64,000 nt of DNA from Nemertoderma westbladi (taxonomy: Eukaryota > Animalia > Xenacoelomorpha): the NCBI GenBank assembly GCA_032718475.1, contig JAUCBJ010007629.1, forward strand, positions 107,047-171,046, written 5' to 3'. Made by a program: the position numbers and the translations under genes. Shown here piece by piece: positions 1-11,790 of the stretch. Position 1 is the stretch's first letter. Each line of letters starts with the position of its first letter. The notes under the pieces were generated by a model. The model did no database searches. It worked only from the letters and a program-made list of their open reading frames with translations, and had not been told where the DNA came from.

Positions 1-744
1 TAGGAATTTTGTCTTTTAAAGAGTATCGGTAAGTGCTACGATATCTTAATCGACTAGAATTTTAAAGGATCTGATATTTGACAGATTTTGTAAATATTAA
101 TAATTAATATTTAGGATGGGCACCAGTTTATTCCAGAACTTGTCTGGGGACGTTAACCACTGATTCTAGAATTTGTCTTTCAAGTATATCGGTGGGTGCC
201 GCGATATCTTAATCGACTAGAATTACAGATGGTCAAAGGGTTTAACAGATTTATTTGCGTTGTACGCTACTGTTAAAGGGACATCACGCTACTATATGTA
301 TTATTTAATATACGGTATGAGAGCAATATCGCACGAAGCAATGTCAGTGTGAAGAGGCAAGTCGTTTCCAAGGTCTACCCAGAGCTTGGTTTAGCCGAGA
401 CACGAGGATCTGAACTTTGCATTCCTAATACTCTGCCTACCAATAATACTTAAATATAGTAGTGGCTTTATTGTACTTTAATAAGTACGGATATGTCATC
501 TTACTGTAGTTACGTATTTGTAATGTAATACGGACAGTAAGGAAGGAGGAAAAGAATTATTTCTCGCCGTCGCACTAAATATAATATAAGTAATTACGTA
601 CGCAATAAACACGAATATATTGCACTATTCTACTAAATAATCGCTAAATAAGATTCTACTAAATTAAATAAAACGATTATAATAAAATTACATAGTAATA
701 CATACAGAAATATAAAAATAATAAAATAATATAAAATAATAGAG

Positions 745-1851
745 TCACACACCCACTCCATATGTTGTTACGTTATGGAGTCCCTGGATGTTTGAAGGAT
801 TAGGGAGGTGGTCGTGGGAAGAGAATCTTGCCTTCCACAGTTTCCGGAGCGTCCTCCATTCCCTTCCGGTAAACACAAACGACCGACTGGGTGATTGAGT
901 CGCTGCATCCCGAATACAATTCCAGGTTTCCTCTTCGTCCTGGAATAGTGACGATAGAAACATCGCTCTAAGTACACGACGGCCTTACAAAGCCAATTCC
1001 AGGAGCTATAGTGGTCCGTCGCTCCCTGCAGGAGAGGTGAGAGTCCCTGCGAGACGTCTGATGTTCCAGAGCTCCAATCGCTCTCTCTGATCTTCATGAA
1101 GGATCCACTCGCGGTGGGGAGGTCCAGATCCACGGCGTCGTCCCTGGCAATATATAATACCGACAGATCTATCCCGGGTTCAAATACTCCGATCACCCGT
1201 CCGGGTTTTAGGTTTGACTTTCTCCACTCCCTTGGCTGGTCTAATCTCAGTCGGAGTAAGATGGGGAGGCCATTCATCCTCCTTACTCAGGAAGTCGGGT
1301 TCACCTAACCGGTCTGTAGTATCTGTCAGTTCTTGAGGAGTTGCTCCTCTGGAAGCGATGTCAGTTGGATTAAACTTCTTGGGGCAATCGCTTGCGTCCT
1401 TCTGGGCTCCTCTCTGATGACTCCGAGGCGCACCCATGAGGCGGACGCTGTCCCACCACCCTTGGGGCCAGTCCGACTCCGTTTTTATCAGACTGGGCCG
1501 GAGGGTAGCCCGATGTTTCCCGGGTTCACTTTTCAATCCCCCGATCACACCGGCACAGCTCGTCATGTGTAGCCGAATAGAATGGCATTCGCCTACTGTC
1601 AACTTACTGTGGCCTGACTGTACATTGAGCCAACTCAGAGAGTCAACCGGCGGGTGGACCAGTCGATAGCGATCGAGCATCAAGGTCGCCCTTGAGCCAA
1701 ACCGACGGTCTTGTCCCAAGCGGGCTTGCGCTACCCACATGGAATATTGACCGTTTTCACCCGCCTCGCCGGCAGTATTGAGGGGAAGTCGGTTCCGCAA
1801 ACAATACTGACTAGCTCGAAAGCTAGGAACAAGTAACCACTTACCAGTCAC
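745..1851 (-). pseudogene. Eroded BEL/Pao pol remnant (RNase H C-terminal motif and integrase tail-like segment)
   Basis: CPKKFNPTDIASRGATPQEL...GEPDFLSKEDEWP matches the BEL motif seen in element C (CPTELNPADMLSRG...GPPFLPNKAEWP). EWRKSNLKPGRVI resembles the integrase tail KWRTERRDLKPGDLV. No YxDD or DDE core. Confidence 0.6.
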
Positions 1852-2649
1852 TGTACACGTGTACTCAATAGATGTTCACAATATCAAGTACACTACGGTA
1901 AACACAAAATCTGACGCATACCACGCACACACAGAGGACATAATCGGGGAAGACAAAATAGGTGACAAAATCAGAGGGGACAAAATTGTATCGACTAATA
2001 AAAAGTCGAGAGTACTTTATTTTACCGACAGGGTAAAATAACTTTGTGTGCACAAACTATGCTGGGGCGCAGTAAAATATGGTCCTACTAATAACCAGCG
2101 GCGACTGAACCAACCGGTAAGGGTTCCCATACCCACTCGCAGTGGCCATACATACACTCATGTATACCATGTACACACACAAACCACAGATTCCAGAGTA
2201 TCATTCACTCGGACCACACTACAACACCAACCCCTCCTTGCAGCCGATATTCCGGGTGCCACCTCCATTCCAATAGTAGTACCAACAGAATCATCAGGAA
2301 CCTGTCCATTCCGATGCAACACCTCCATTCCAATAGTGCTACCCTGGGAAAAGACACGTTTTGGCAACCGATCGGAGACAGTAAAGAGTCTAGTCAACTC
2401 ATACATACCAAACATAGACCTACCACATAGGCCACATAAACCACAGATCACGCCATGCCACCACCCCTACTGTGTACAGGACTGGCAGTACAGCAACAGG
2501 CCGACTAGACGGTACCACGGCACCATGTCAATTCATGGTTTGCTAGACACGAGGGCCTTCAGTAACTCCCTTGCGCTATAGATCAATTTAACGTGCCCCA
2601 GACCCTCACGAGTCCGCCGCCGCCTGTTGGAGACACCCCTATAGAGACC

Positions 2650-5600
2650 TCACCTCCTTAGGCATCTCCATTGATCTACATTGGAGCTAATATCGTCATT
2701 ATCTGAGGAGTATGGTGTTCCCTCAGTTGGGTCGTCTCCCTCACTAGTATCATCTTCCCATTCACTCACCTGGCAGACGCGATCTTGAAGCAGTCTTTCT
2801 CTGAGCGTTCTTCGGGAAGGTCCAGAAAGGTACCAACCTACTCTAGTTCTCACCGCATAGGTCTGAAGTGGTTGCGGTTGAGCAGGTCGTTTCTCCAATG
2901 TCTCCAGCGCCTCATGCGCGTTTTGACCGATTAATATTTGTACTCCAGGATAATCGGTGTCGAATCTAGGGATGTTAAGTTGTTGGGCATGATCATCTTC
3001 GTCCCAATTATAAGGTTCCACTTGGGTGGTAGCGAAGTTCTTTATTGCCACCATTTTGACTGACCTTATACTGTATTCTCCTAGTTTATCCTGTGGAGTG
3101 GACAACTCACCTATATAATAGTCGGCAGCTACAGTAGAATTCCAAACCTGCATGATCCCTGACATGTTTAGCTTGGTTCGGAACTTGGGTTGTCCAGCAA
3201 AGATGACTTCGGCTAGTTCTTTATCGATGAATGTTCCTGTGCTACCGGAGTCCAGGAGGGCGTTCACTATATAGCTCTTCTGAGGTCCGTGGACCCGTAA
3301 CTGGACTACAGGAAATTCTCGGATTCCTATATTGGAAGTTGGCGCTTTCCAAGATGGTTGTTGATCAGAAGTAGTTAAGGTAAGGTCGCTGTCTGTGTCT
3401 TTCTCATGCACGAGTGCTCGATACACTGCGGTGGTGTTTATTAGGTAACAGGATTCGTTTTGGTCGGAGAACTCGTCCGTATAGAATCCTTCCATCTCAG
3501 ATTGATCAGTGTCGTTCACATCACTGAATTGGACATGTAGTTCGGACTCACTTACCTGACTCGGGCTGTTTCGTTCGAATTCCGTGTGCAACAAGATATG
3601 ATGTTTTGCGCCGCACTTTGCACACCTTGCGTCGGAGTAACAGGTTCGCCGTTGGTGTCCTCGTCTGAGGCAATTATAACACAACCGCTTATCCCACATG
3701 ACTTCACGTCTATCCTTTAGTGATTTCCTCAGGAATTTATCACACGCATTTAAACGGTGGGGCCCGTCGCACAGCACACATTTCGGCTTGATGTTACTTA
3801 CTTTAACCTGTGCTATGTGGTGCACACTTGTTCTTTCCTCGGGCTTTCTCACCTGAATTCTTTTAGGAGACGTAGGAGGGGTTTTTTGTACCGGTTCCCT
3901 TCTGTCATTGGGTCGAGACTTGGATTTACTTACCTGATCTTTAGGCATTTTATTGACATAATAAGACCTGTCAGTGTCTTTCCCGCTGTCCTCTCCTTGA
4001 GAGGTTTGGCTTTCACCGTCGTCGGTATAACATACTGGTGTTACCCTTCTCCTAGAAACGGGTTTCTCACTTACCTTACTTTCCACTGTCTTCTCTCTGG
4101 ACTGCTTTATGAGCTGTAATTTCACCTCGCTATCCAAGAATGACATGAGATCAGCCATGGTAGGGTCTCGTTGTTGTTGTTCCATCATGTATAACACTTT
4201 CTTGTCCCAGCGTGTACCTACTCCACCCTTCGGTAAAGTAGAAGCCACTGCTCTAATAACCATAGCACTCTGATACTCATGAGACTTACCTAGCCAATCT
4301 AATTGTCTGCAGATCTCCTGAATTTCATCGGAAAACTCTATAATCCCGCTGCTAATAAACTTTCGGGGCGCTACCAACTTTGCATACAAATACCCAGCTA
4401 TGTTATTCCTATTACCATACCTGATGTTTAGTGTATCCCAAACTTGTCTTAATCCGTCTGGATGTCCAATAAACCTTAACGCCATTAACTTGGGAGGTCC
4501 TTCCAAGCACTCGATGAGGAATCTAAGTTTCTCTCCATTAGATAGTACAGAGTTCTGTATGTTATCTTTGTAATATTCATTAAAAGGTAACCATTTCATC
4601 TCATCTCCATTGAACTTGACGATCTCTCCCACCTTTACCGCTTGCCGGGCTTCGGTTCTAGCCATTTGACGCGTAAAACTTTCTTGGGCCATCGTGTTAT
4701 TTAATATCGAGTTATCGGTATATAAATTTCTCGGATTATGATCAGGTCTATAGGGAATGTCATTATCAACAGGTCTATAATTACCCTTAATAGGGTTCAC
4801 TATAGGAGTTTCTACTTCGCTAGCAGTATATATGCGTGTAGGCTCCACACCTTGCGCATGAGATACTTCAGACCTAACAGGTTGATACATTGTTACCGAG
4901 GGTGGTGGTATACCCCTTTGTGTATTTACTAATTTATCGCGTTCTAGCGCGATACTTTGCTGCACTTCTTGCAACTCTAGTCTACTTTCCCTTACTGTGC
5001 CCTTGAATTGCTGAACAGTCTCCTGCATCTGCCCGAGCAGGAGATCCATCCCCCGCCGTCTCTCGTCCACCCATTCGACCGCCGAAGCGGGAGTCGCCAA
5101 CGTTGTAGCGGGCGGACGAGGGACAACGGGCGACAAATCATGAATATTTCGCTCGGGGTCCAGGACCTGAACTGCCTCATGGGCTGTTCTACTGGGCACA
5201 GGTAGCTTAGTGCTGTGCAGAGGGAATTTAGAGGTAACTTCAGGGAGCACAGGTGTGTCTATCACCGAAGGGGTGATTTCAAGAACAGGCCTAATTATTT
5301 CAGGCTCATCTACTATAGTAGGGAGTCTTTCTATTTTAATTATTTGGTCTGTGGGTTCTGTACTACCTAAGTTGGTGTTATTTAGTTGCCTTCTAACAGC
5401 TGGAGGCAAATCAGGCAATTTCTGACGGTGGAATGTTCTTTTGCGTCTGCTAAGGTGAGATCTATTTCCTTTGCCTTCAGTATCGGTGGTATCACCTTCC
5501 TCAGATGATGTATATCCCTGTCTTTTGGGAGTAGATCGATTCATCATCTGCATATTACTAGCTGTTAACTGTTTATTTATGCAGTCTTGATTCTCCTGAA

Positions 5601-6480
5601 TGTTTTCCAATTCTAATTGGGTGGTTTCTTCAGTCGCTCTCCGTTCTGCTTTTGCCACTGCCTCTGCCGCCTTTCTTTCAGCTTCGGCCGCTTTTGCCTC
5701 TGCCGCTGCCGCTGCCGCTGCCGCTTTTGCTTCTGCCGCTGCCGCTTTTGCTTCTGCCGCTGCCGCTTTTCTTTCTGCTTCTGCAGCTACCACTGCTGCT
5801 TTCTTTCTGTCTTCTATACGTTTTTTCTTTACTTGCTCTTCTTGGACTCTAGTGATGCGGAGGAGTTCATCAAATTTAGCTTGGTTCGCAGCTAACATTT
5901 CCGCATCGATTGCGTCCAGCACCAGCTTGGTTCCTTCACTATTAGGGCTAAGCCCCTCCAACCTTCTCCTCAACTCGTCATCACCTAAAAAACGTTGATA
6001 GTCTGACAGATAGATGTCAATGGCATCTCTCTTTCGCGGCCCCTCCGCTGTCCCTTCGCTTTCTTCTTGAGAAGAAGTGGTGTCGGTTGATTCTTCATAG
6101 GTTGGCTGTTCATCATAAACCGTATCTGCCATCTTCGCTCCGCGTTCGGGCGTCCGCTCAACAGTATCCGAACTACTGGAGCTCTCGGGCCGCTGAGAAC
6201 TAGGTTCTTGGCTAGGAGGTTGCTGCTGTTTGGCAGCTGCTTCTTGATCCCGCTTAACTTGGGCCCAAGTACCGATGATAGACCTACGGCGCTTCACTAA
6301 CTTCGCAAATTGCGAAATTGCTTCTACTAACCTAGGTTCTGACACAGCTACTGTAGGGGTTGTCTTTCTTACAGTAGGAGGGGTTTCAGACCTCGGTCTG
6401 GGATTCTCTATACTCCTATCTGAGAAACAGACTGTTGTTTCTAGGAGACTATCTGACAGAGTTTGCCTTGTGTCAGTCAT
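2650..6480 (-). CDS. gag: BEL/Pao Gag-protease polyprotein, 1276 aa, uninterrupted
   Basis: Capsid-like block FNGDEMKWLPF...EKLRFL...LNIRYGN. Three BEL-type Zn knuckles (CVLCDGPHRLNAC, CYNCLRRGHQRRTC, CAKCGAKHHILLH). Aspartic protease ALLDSGS, ILIGQN, TRVGWYLSGP. Ala/Glu/Lys coiled-coil repeat near 5640-5800. Confidence 0.92.
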   Translation of the reverse strand: MTDTRQTLSDSLLETTVCFSDRSIENPRPRSETPPTVRKTTPTVAVSEPRLVEAISQFAKLVKRRRSIIGTWAQVKRDQEAAAKQQQPPSQEPSSQRPESSSSSDTVERTPERGAKMADTVYDEQPTYEESTDTTSSQEESEGTAEGPRKRDAIDIYLSDYQRFLGDDELRRRLEGLSPNSEGTKLVLDAIDAEMLAANQAKFDELLRITRVQEEQVKKKRIEDRKKAAVVAAEAERKAAAAEAKAAAAEAKAAAAAAAAEAKAAEAERKAAEAVAKAERRATEETTQLELENIQENQDCINKQLTASNMQMMNRSTPKRQGYTSSEEGDTTDTEGKGNRSHLSRRKRTFHRQKLPDLPPAVRRQLNNTNLGSTEPTDQIIKIERLPTIVDEPEIIRPVLEITPSVIDTPVLPEVTSKFPLHSTKLPVPSRTAHEAVQVLDPERNIHDLSPVVPRPPATTLATPASAVEWVDERRRGMDLLLGQMQETVQQFKGTVRESRLELQEVQQSIALERDKLVNTQRGIPPPSVTMYQPVRSEVSHAQGVEPTRIYTASEVETPIVNPIKGNYRPVDNDIPYRPDHNPRNLYTDNSILNNTMAQESFTRQMARTEARQAVKVGEIVKFNGDEMKWLPFNEYYKDNIQNSVLSNGEKLRFLIECLEGPPKLMALRFIGHPDGLRQVWDTLNIRYGNRNNIAGYLYAKLVAPRKFISSGIIEFSDEIQEICRQLDWLGKSHEYQSAMVIRAVASTLPKGGVGTRWDKKVLYMMEQQQRDPTMADLMSFLDSEVKLQLIKQSREKTVESKVSEKPVSRRRVTPVCYTDDGESQTSQGEDSGKDTDRSYYVNKMPKDQVSKSKSRPNDRREPVQKTPPTSPKRIQVRKPEERTSVHHIAQVKVSNIKPKCVLCDGPHRLNACDKFLRKSLKDRREVMWDKRLCYNCLRRGHQRRTCYSDARCAKCGAKHHILLHTEFERNSPSQVSESELHVQFSDVNDTDQSEMEGFYTDEFSDQNESCYLINTTAVYRALVHEKDTDSDLTLTTSDQQPSWKAPTSNIGIREFPVVQLRVHGPQKSYIVNALLDSGSTGTFIDKELAEVIFAGQPKFRTKLNMSGIMQVWNSTVAADYYIGELSTPQDKLGEYSIRSVKMVAIKNFATTQVEPYNWDEDDHAQQLNIPRFDTDYPGVQILIGQNAHEALETLEKRPAQPQPLQTYAVRTRVGWYLSGPSRRTLRERLLQDRVCQVSEWEDDTSEGDDPTEGTPYSSDNDDISSNVDQWRCLRR

Positions 6481-6589
6481 GTTTGTTTGTACAGTTGGAT
6501 GCCTACTGCTATATTACAGTCTAAGCAAGTCTAGTAATTCAGTATTAACTGTTAGCCTAGTAATTAATTACCGATACTGCTACTCAGTG

Positions 6590-6870
6590 TAGCGTGATAT
6601 ATATATAATATATTAGAATACCGGTATGCTTATAGTATATATAAGTATTATTACAGACTAGGTTTTTCACAAAATACCGGTATATAATTTTAGCACAAAA
6701 ATATATATAAATATATAATAGGCCTATCGTGGATACCGGTATGCAGTTTACACTTATAGTATATATAAGTATAATTATTAACTAAAATTAATTACAGAAT
6801 ACCGGTATGATTTCAACCTAAAATTTATAGAAATAAATATAATAAGCCTATTGTAAATACCGGTATGTCA
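6590..6870. repeat. Degenerate tandem repeats built on ATACCGGTAT in the family A leader
   Basis: Recurrent ataccggtat and tatagtatatataagt units; the same array occurs at 39970-40230 in copy 2. Confidence 0.6.
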
Positions 6871-7869
6871 ATTATTTTAGAATAATTGAATTTCTGAATT
6901 TTAAGGGTTACTTGGTTACTTTAACTTACTTTATTACCGTTATTTAAGCAGTAGTCCAACTGATATTGAGACCTAATTGTTGTATGGCAGGCCTACTATT
7001 TATAAATCGTTTGAGTTGATTTATAATATATATATACCCGTTGAAATGGGTTTTTGTCAATGTTTGAAATAAATGTTATTATTTCTGGGGAAGTCACTAC
7101 ACCGAAGCTGTGTGCTCTCAGTGAAGTGCTACTTGTTTGACACTAAAACAAATAATTCTAATTTATCTAAGTTACTTAATACTACAAATTACGTACAATT
7201 CGGGTTGAGATTACAATCTCTAAATAAACACAAAAATTTAATTACAAATACACAAATACAAATTTTTAGGGTAATTTTACAAGAAGTCTACAAACCAGCC
7301 TAACAAAGGGTTAGAAATCTGGTTATTACAACGGACAGGGTACTACGGTATTTGAAATAATAAGTAGTAGTAAATACACTGCGTTGTCCAGATAGGAAAA
7401 TACCACCGCCTGACGACCTATAGCCGTATCGCTATAGGTACTACGTTATGTATCACGGAGTGTTCCTACCTAGAAGTTAATAGAGCTAACGAACGTGCCT
7501 ATCAACCACTTTACAACACAAATATACTGCCCACACACTAATTACCTTCGGAAAGCACTGTACACTAAACCCTAAATTAGGTACAAGTACTTGTACAACA
7601 GATAATCAGTAGTTAAAAATACTTGAACAGTTAAAAGAACCACGGTATCTGCCGGAGTGACCAAAGCACAAAATCTCCAGTCTTTACCTACGCCGAGCAG
7701 CCCGTGTAGTACCGGGGTTAGTTTAACTATAACGGTATGTATAACAAACACAATTACTGTAGGAACAAACTTGGGGACATGAATGTTGCGAATAATCGCA
7801 TAAACTCTGAATAATAAATATTACGCAATGCGTACAAACTACTCAAACAAAATGCAGACTAAATACTGA

Positions 7870-8390
7870 CAGACTACTATCAAGCCCAAACAAACTACGG
7901 TATATGCAGACTCCGAAATGTTTAAATAGTATGCGTTCTAACCCAGTAGTACGACTTATTCTTTAGATGGGGGTTTACCTTACAGCGATGGCTGCCCCTA
8001 CTTCCTAACCGTTCTTTATCGGACATACACTCTACACACACCGAAATTTCTTCAAACCCAACAACAGCCAGACAACTATCCAGCCTACAAATTATCTAAA
8101 TAAAATTATACGCTACCCGTACAGACTACACAAACAAAGTACAGACCAAACGCTAGCCAACTACTATCAAGCCTAAATAAACCACAGGACATGCAGACTC
8201 CGAAATGGTTAAGTAGTATGCGTTCTAACCCAGTAGTACGACTTATTCTTTAGATGGGGGTTTACCTTACAGCGATGGCTGCCCCTACTTCCTAACCGTT
8301 CTTTATCGGACATACACTCTACATGCACTGTAATCCGTTCAGACCTAATCAACAGTTAGCCAACAGTCAAGCCTACAAATTATCTATACA
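7870..8390. repeat. ~290-bp tandem duplication in the leader of family A copy 1
   Basis: The block actatcaagcc...gcagactccgaaatg...ggacatacactctaca occurs at ~7875 and ~8163. It is single-copy in the other family A copies. Confidence 0.8.
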
Positions 8391-8666
8391 ATCTGAGCAG
8401 GGTTACACGCCTTCTGCTCAATACTGGCCTACAAATAAATAAAACTGGCAGAAATAAGTAAACTATACAAAAGAATGAGGGGTGATCAATCCCTATTCTC
8501 TTAAACAGCCCACCGGTATACAATACCACAATCGAATAATACTGCTGTACCTGTACTATTGTAGGTACCGGTCCGGATGATCAGGCAGTCAGGCCTACTG
8601 GTTACCGATCGACCGGTACTTTCGACTAGATTGCTTACACCGCAATCCAGAAGCAATATCTGTTAT

Positions 8667-9828
8667 TGTTTGCGCTTTTAAGACCTTTGACAGTTTAACC
8701 TGCCAAATTAGGATGTCTTTTAGATGATATATAGTCTTTAGCCTATGACGAGTATTTGATACACTACATTAGCCGAAGCCAGTCTATGCGCAATCATTCA
8801 CCCATTGGATATACCCGGGAGACTGAGTTCGGAGCTTAATGATTGATGGTGTAAGCCTACTGTATTATTCGACTGATCGTAATATATAATCTCTGACTAA
8901 TATTATTCACTTTCGGGAAATATTAACAGTTCCTTTAGGACGTGGCGCTCTAAATATGTAAACAGAGTTATGACTTAAACTAGACGCAACGAAAAGGCTA
9001 TAGATTCACGTATATGGCGCATTCTTTAGGAGATGCTTTGTTATCAGTTACACTCATACACAATGCTGCACAATGCTGCACACCAATCTGCCGACCTTCA
9101 CTAATTTTAGTCACATACAAAGAGAATAACAGACAATACATGTAGGGCCTATAAAATAGCATGAGATTCACTTCAAACCACTTAACATAGGTCGCAATCG
9201 TTTATCTGTAACCGGTCTCTCTAACCTTTAGTATATCAAGAAGGTGGGGTGTCTGACTATTGATCAGTATTCCAAATATAATCTTCCATCAACAAATATA
9301 ATGAATAACCGACAGCAAAAGCAGTAATGTTAAGTAAGATATGCATGATATGTTTAGTAAGCATTGAGATATGAATTGCATTGAGATATCAGATATACGT
9401 TCTATAATTAAGCCTACTAATGTAAGACTAAAGACTGAAACACGGAGGTGCCAAAAGCCGGTGTTCTTAGGCTCTGGGCAAAAACATAACACTGAATTCC
9501 TGAGTTTCTGTATCCACCTCCAACACAGAGACAAAAAACGCTCTGATTGGTCGACCGAACAACGAGAGAACAAAGAAACAAAGAAATGTCGACGTGGCAA
9601 TATCAGCTGTTAGCCGTCGTCATGGTAGCGACACTGTTTTCAAGAGTATCGAGCTTTTTGCGTCACGAAATTGCGGATTATGTCCTCTAAAGTACAAATA
9701 CAGAAGAAATGGCTTTTATGTCCTCTAAAACACCAGTACAGCAAGGACACGGCCTTTTATGCCTGGTAAACCAACCACAGAGTACTTTACGGGGATAATA
9801 ACCGGCTAATTATGCAAAAGCTTTTACA
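8667..9828 (-). repeat. Family A 5' LTR (1162 bp)
   Basis: Its ends match those of the TSD-flanked solo LTR at 47078-48276 (TGTT.GCGCTTTT...AAAAGCTTTTACA on plus). Confidence 0.88.
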
Positions 9829-11396
9829 AGTTTCTGTGCATCGGCTATGTCCGTTGATCCAATCTGCGCAAAGAACCGTTTCTTGAATCTGAGGTAATCG
9901 ACGGGATCTCCTTCGAAGGTGCGGATCTCCATCTTGGGCATGGAGAGGCGGTTTTCCAATGCCCGGATAATGCTGATGTTGTCCGAACTGGAGTGGTTCG
10001 GAGGGTTATAGTTATTGGCACTCTCTCCCATACTCGATGGATCAATGGTAGGTGGAGTTTTAATGATGACGCGACTATGGGTTTGTGGTGTGGATGTGAA
10101 TGGGTTGTTGGATCGGGGAGTGGCGTCCCGTTCCGAGTCCCTTTCAGGCTCGTACTTGGGTACACTCGTTGCCGTGGGGTTGGATGGGAAATACGGTTCC
10201 TCATTTTTAAGCGTAACCGGTGGGGGATGGAACACTGGTGCTTGTGCCGATAACGTAGACTGTTTGGTAGGCGGAATCTCGGGTTTCGGAAGTTTCGCCG
10301 CTGTCAGTATAAATGACTTCTCTAATTCCGGTACCGGGATTGGTTCATATTCCTGATCTATATCCCTTTCCCAGTCCTCGTAGAGTTGAATATCTCGTTC
10401 TATGAGTGCGGCTTCGTATTCCGCGAGTTTTGCAATATCCGCATTCTTTTTGTGGATGAGAATCGCTTGGGCCTCGGCGTGTTGTTTATGCATTTCTGCT
10501 TCCCATTTACGTTGTTCGATCTCCTGTTCGGCCTCTCGTCCACGTTGTTCAGCCTCCTGTTTGCGTTGTTCGGCCTGCCGTTCGGCCTCGCGTTCACGTT
10601 GTTTAGCCTCTCGTTTGCGGTGTTCCGCCTCCTGTTCGCGTTGTTCAGCCTCCTGTTCGCGTTGTTCGGCCTGCCGTTCGGCCTCTCGTCTATGTTGTTC
10701 CGCCTCCTGTTCGCGTTGTTCGGCTTGCCGTTCGGCCGCTTGTTCGGCCTCTCGCTTTTGTGTTTCGGCGGCTAATACATCTTGCTCGGCTTGCAGTTGG
10801 ATATACTCATCTTCCATCCGAGCTTTGAGGGCTAATGCCTTCCGTTCTCGCAGTTGGTCTCGGAGTGGTCCGGTCCCTTGAGAACTGCGCGCTGAGCCGG
10901 ATATCTCGCTCCTAGCGCTGGAGTGCTGATTTCTAGCGGACTCCGTTCTCTTTCGATGTACTGCTGTCCTGATGCTGGAGGATCGTACTGATTCCGCGTC
11001 TGTTCTTTCAGCCCTCTTGTAGTACTGTTCTTCATAGCCTCTCACAAGGCTGAGGGTCCTCCGGTGTTGTTTGCGGAACCCATCTAGATGTACAACGTGT
11101 TCTTCTAACTTGGGGTAGTTTTCCTGATCGGTGGAGGGAACGAGCTCTTGGTACGCCTGTATCATTCTTTCGTACCGCTGTAGGATATTTCGGATACTTT
11201 GAAGCTGAGTTTGTACCTCATTGAGGGGGGTTTTGACTCCCTTGAGTTGTTTCTCCATCCGTTGATACGCTCGGGTTACTCCGCCTTTGAGAGCCCCTAG
11301 CCGACGGGTCATGTTCTTGACGTTTGGTACCTCGTCGGCTTCCGAGTCTGTGTGGTGATCCATCTCGTCGGTATCGGATACGTTATTTGTTGTCAT
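9829..11396 (-). pseudogene. gag: BEL/Pao gag of element B, cut off by the family A LTR
   Basis: N-terminal RRLGALKGGVTR helix, AEQREQE coiled-coil repeats, and the capsid start MPKMEIRTFEGDPVDYLRF...AQKL. The ORF breaks exactly at the LTR edge (9828). Confidence 0.85.
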
Positions 11397-11584
11397 TGTA
11401 ACGCCTCGTTGATGGCTAGATACGCGATGTCGTAAAACAGTTCCTCGTAGGTATTGTACTCAGCTTGGACCACCCGAATAGTAATCCTGAATCGTCCAAC
11501 GTTCGTTCCTTGTACCTCAACTTCGACGTGCCAGATTCCTGGCTCAACTTGAATTATATCAATGGGTGTGATCGATACTTCCAT
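11393..11584 (-). CDS. Small 63-aa upstream ORF overlapping the element B gag start
   Basis: ATG start. Its TGA stop overlaps the gag ATG (ATGA at 11393-11396). Protein-like alternation of hydrophobic and polar residues. Confidence 0.35.
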   Translation of the reverse strand: MEVSITPIDIIQVEPGIWHVEVEVQGTNVGRFRITIRVVQAEYNTYEELFYDIAYLAINEALQ

Positions 11585-11790
11585 TCCCTGTTAACAACTC
11601 TCCAAATATGTGATCTGCCGACTACGAGTTGGTTAGATCGAGTTTGTTGCTTAATTAAACCACGACTTTGTCTCAACTCAAATACCAGAGTTTCCTCGTA
11701 GTGGGTGCTGGCAAGCACGTAGAGAGTTTTTGAAGAGTATTGAAGGATTCTCAACTTCCACCAGTTGAAGTTGACCGTAATTATCCTTAA

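Larger units (their letters stand above)
1..9828 (-). mobile_element. BEL/Pao LTR retrotransposon family A, copy 1 (5' LTR, ~2.2-kb leader, Gag-PR, eroded pol remnant; 3' end runs off the window)
   Basis: LTR at 9828-8667 (TGTAAAAGC...GCAAACA on minus), followed by a leader homologous to 38454-40362 and 60004-61090, then a 1276-aa Gag-PR ORF. It interrupts the gag of element B. Confidence 0.85.

Noticed and set aside
2048-2581. env or accessory gene in family A downstream of gag
   Set aside because: The short overlapping ORFs contain a 60-bp-spaced repeat (TIGMEV twice) but no signal peptide, furin site or TM pattern that I can support.
5600-5998. Ala-, Cys- or Leu/Pro-rich plus-strand ORFs (also 10386-10881)
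   Set aside because: They are antisense shadows of gag coiled-coil repeats.
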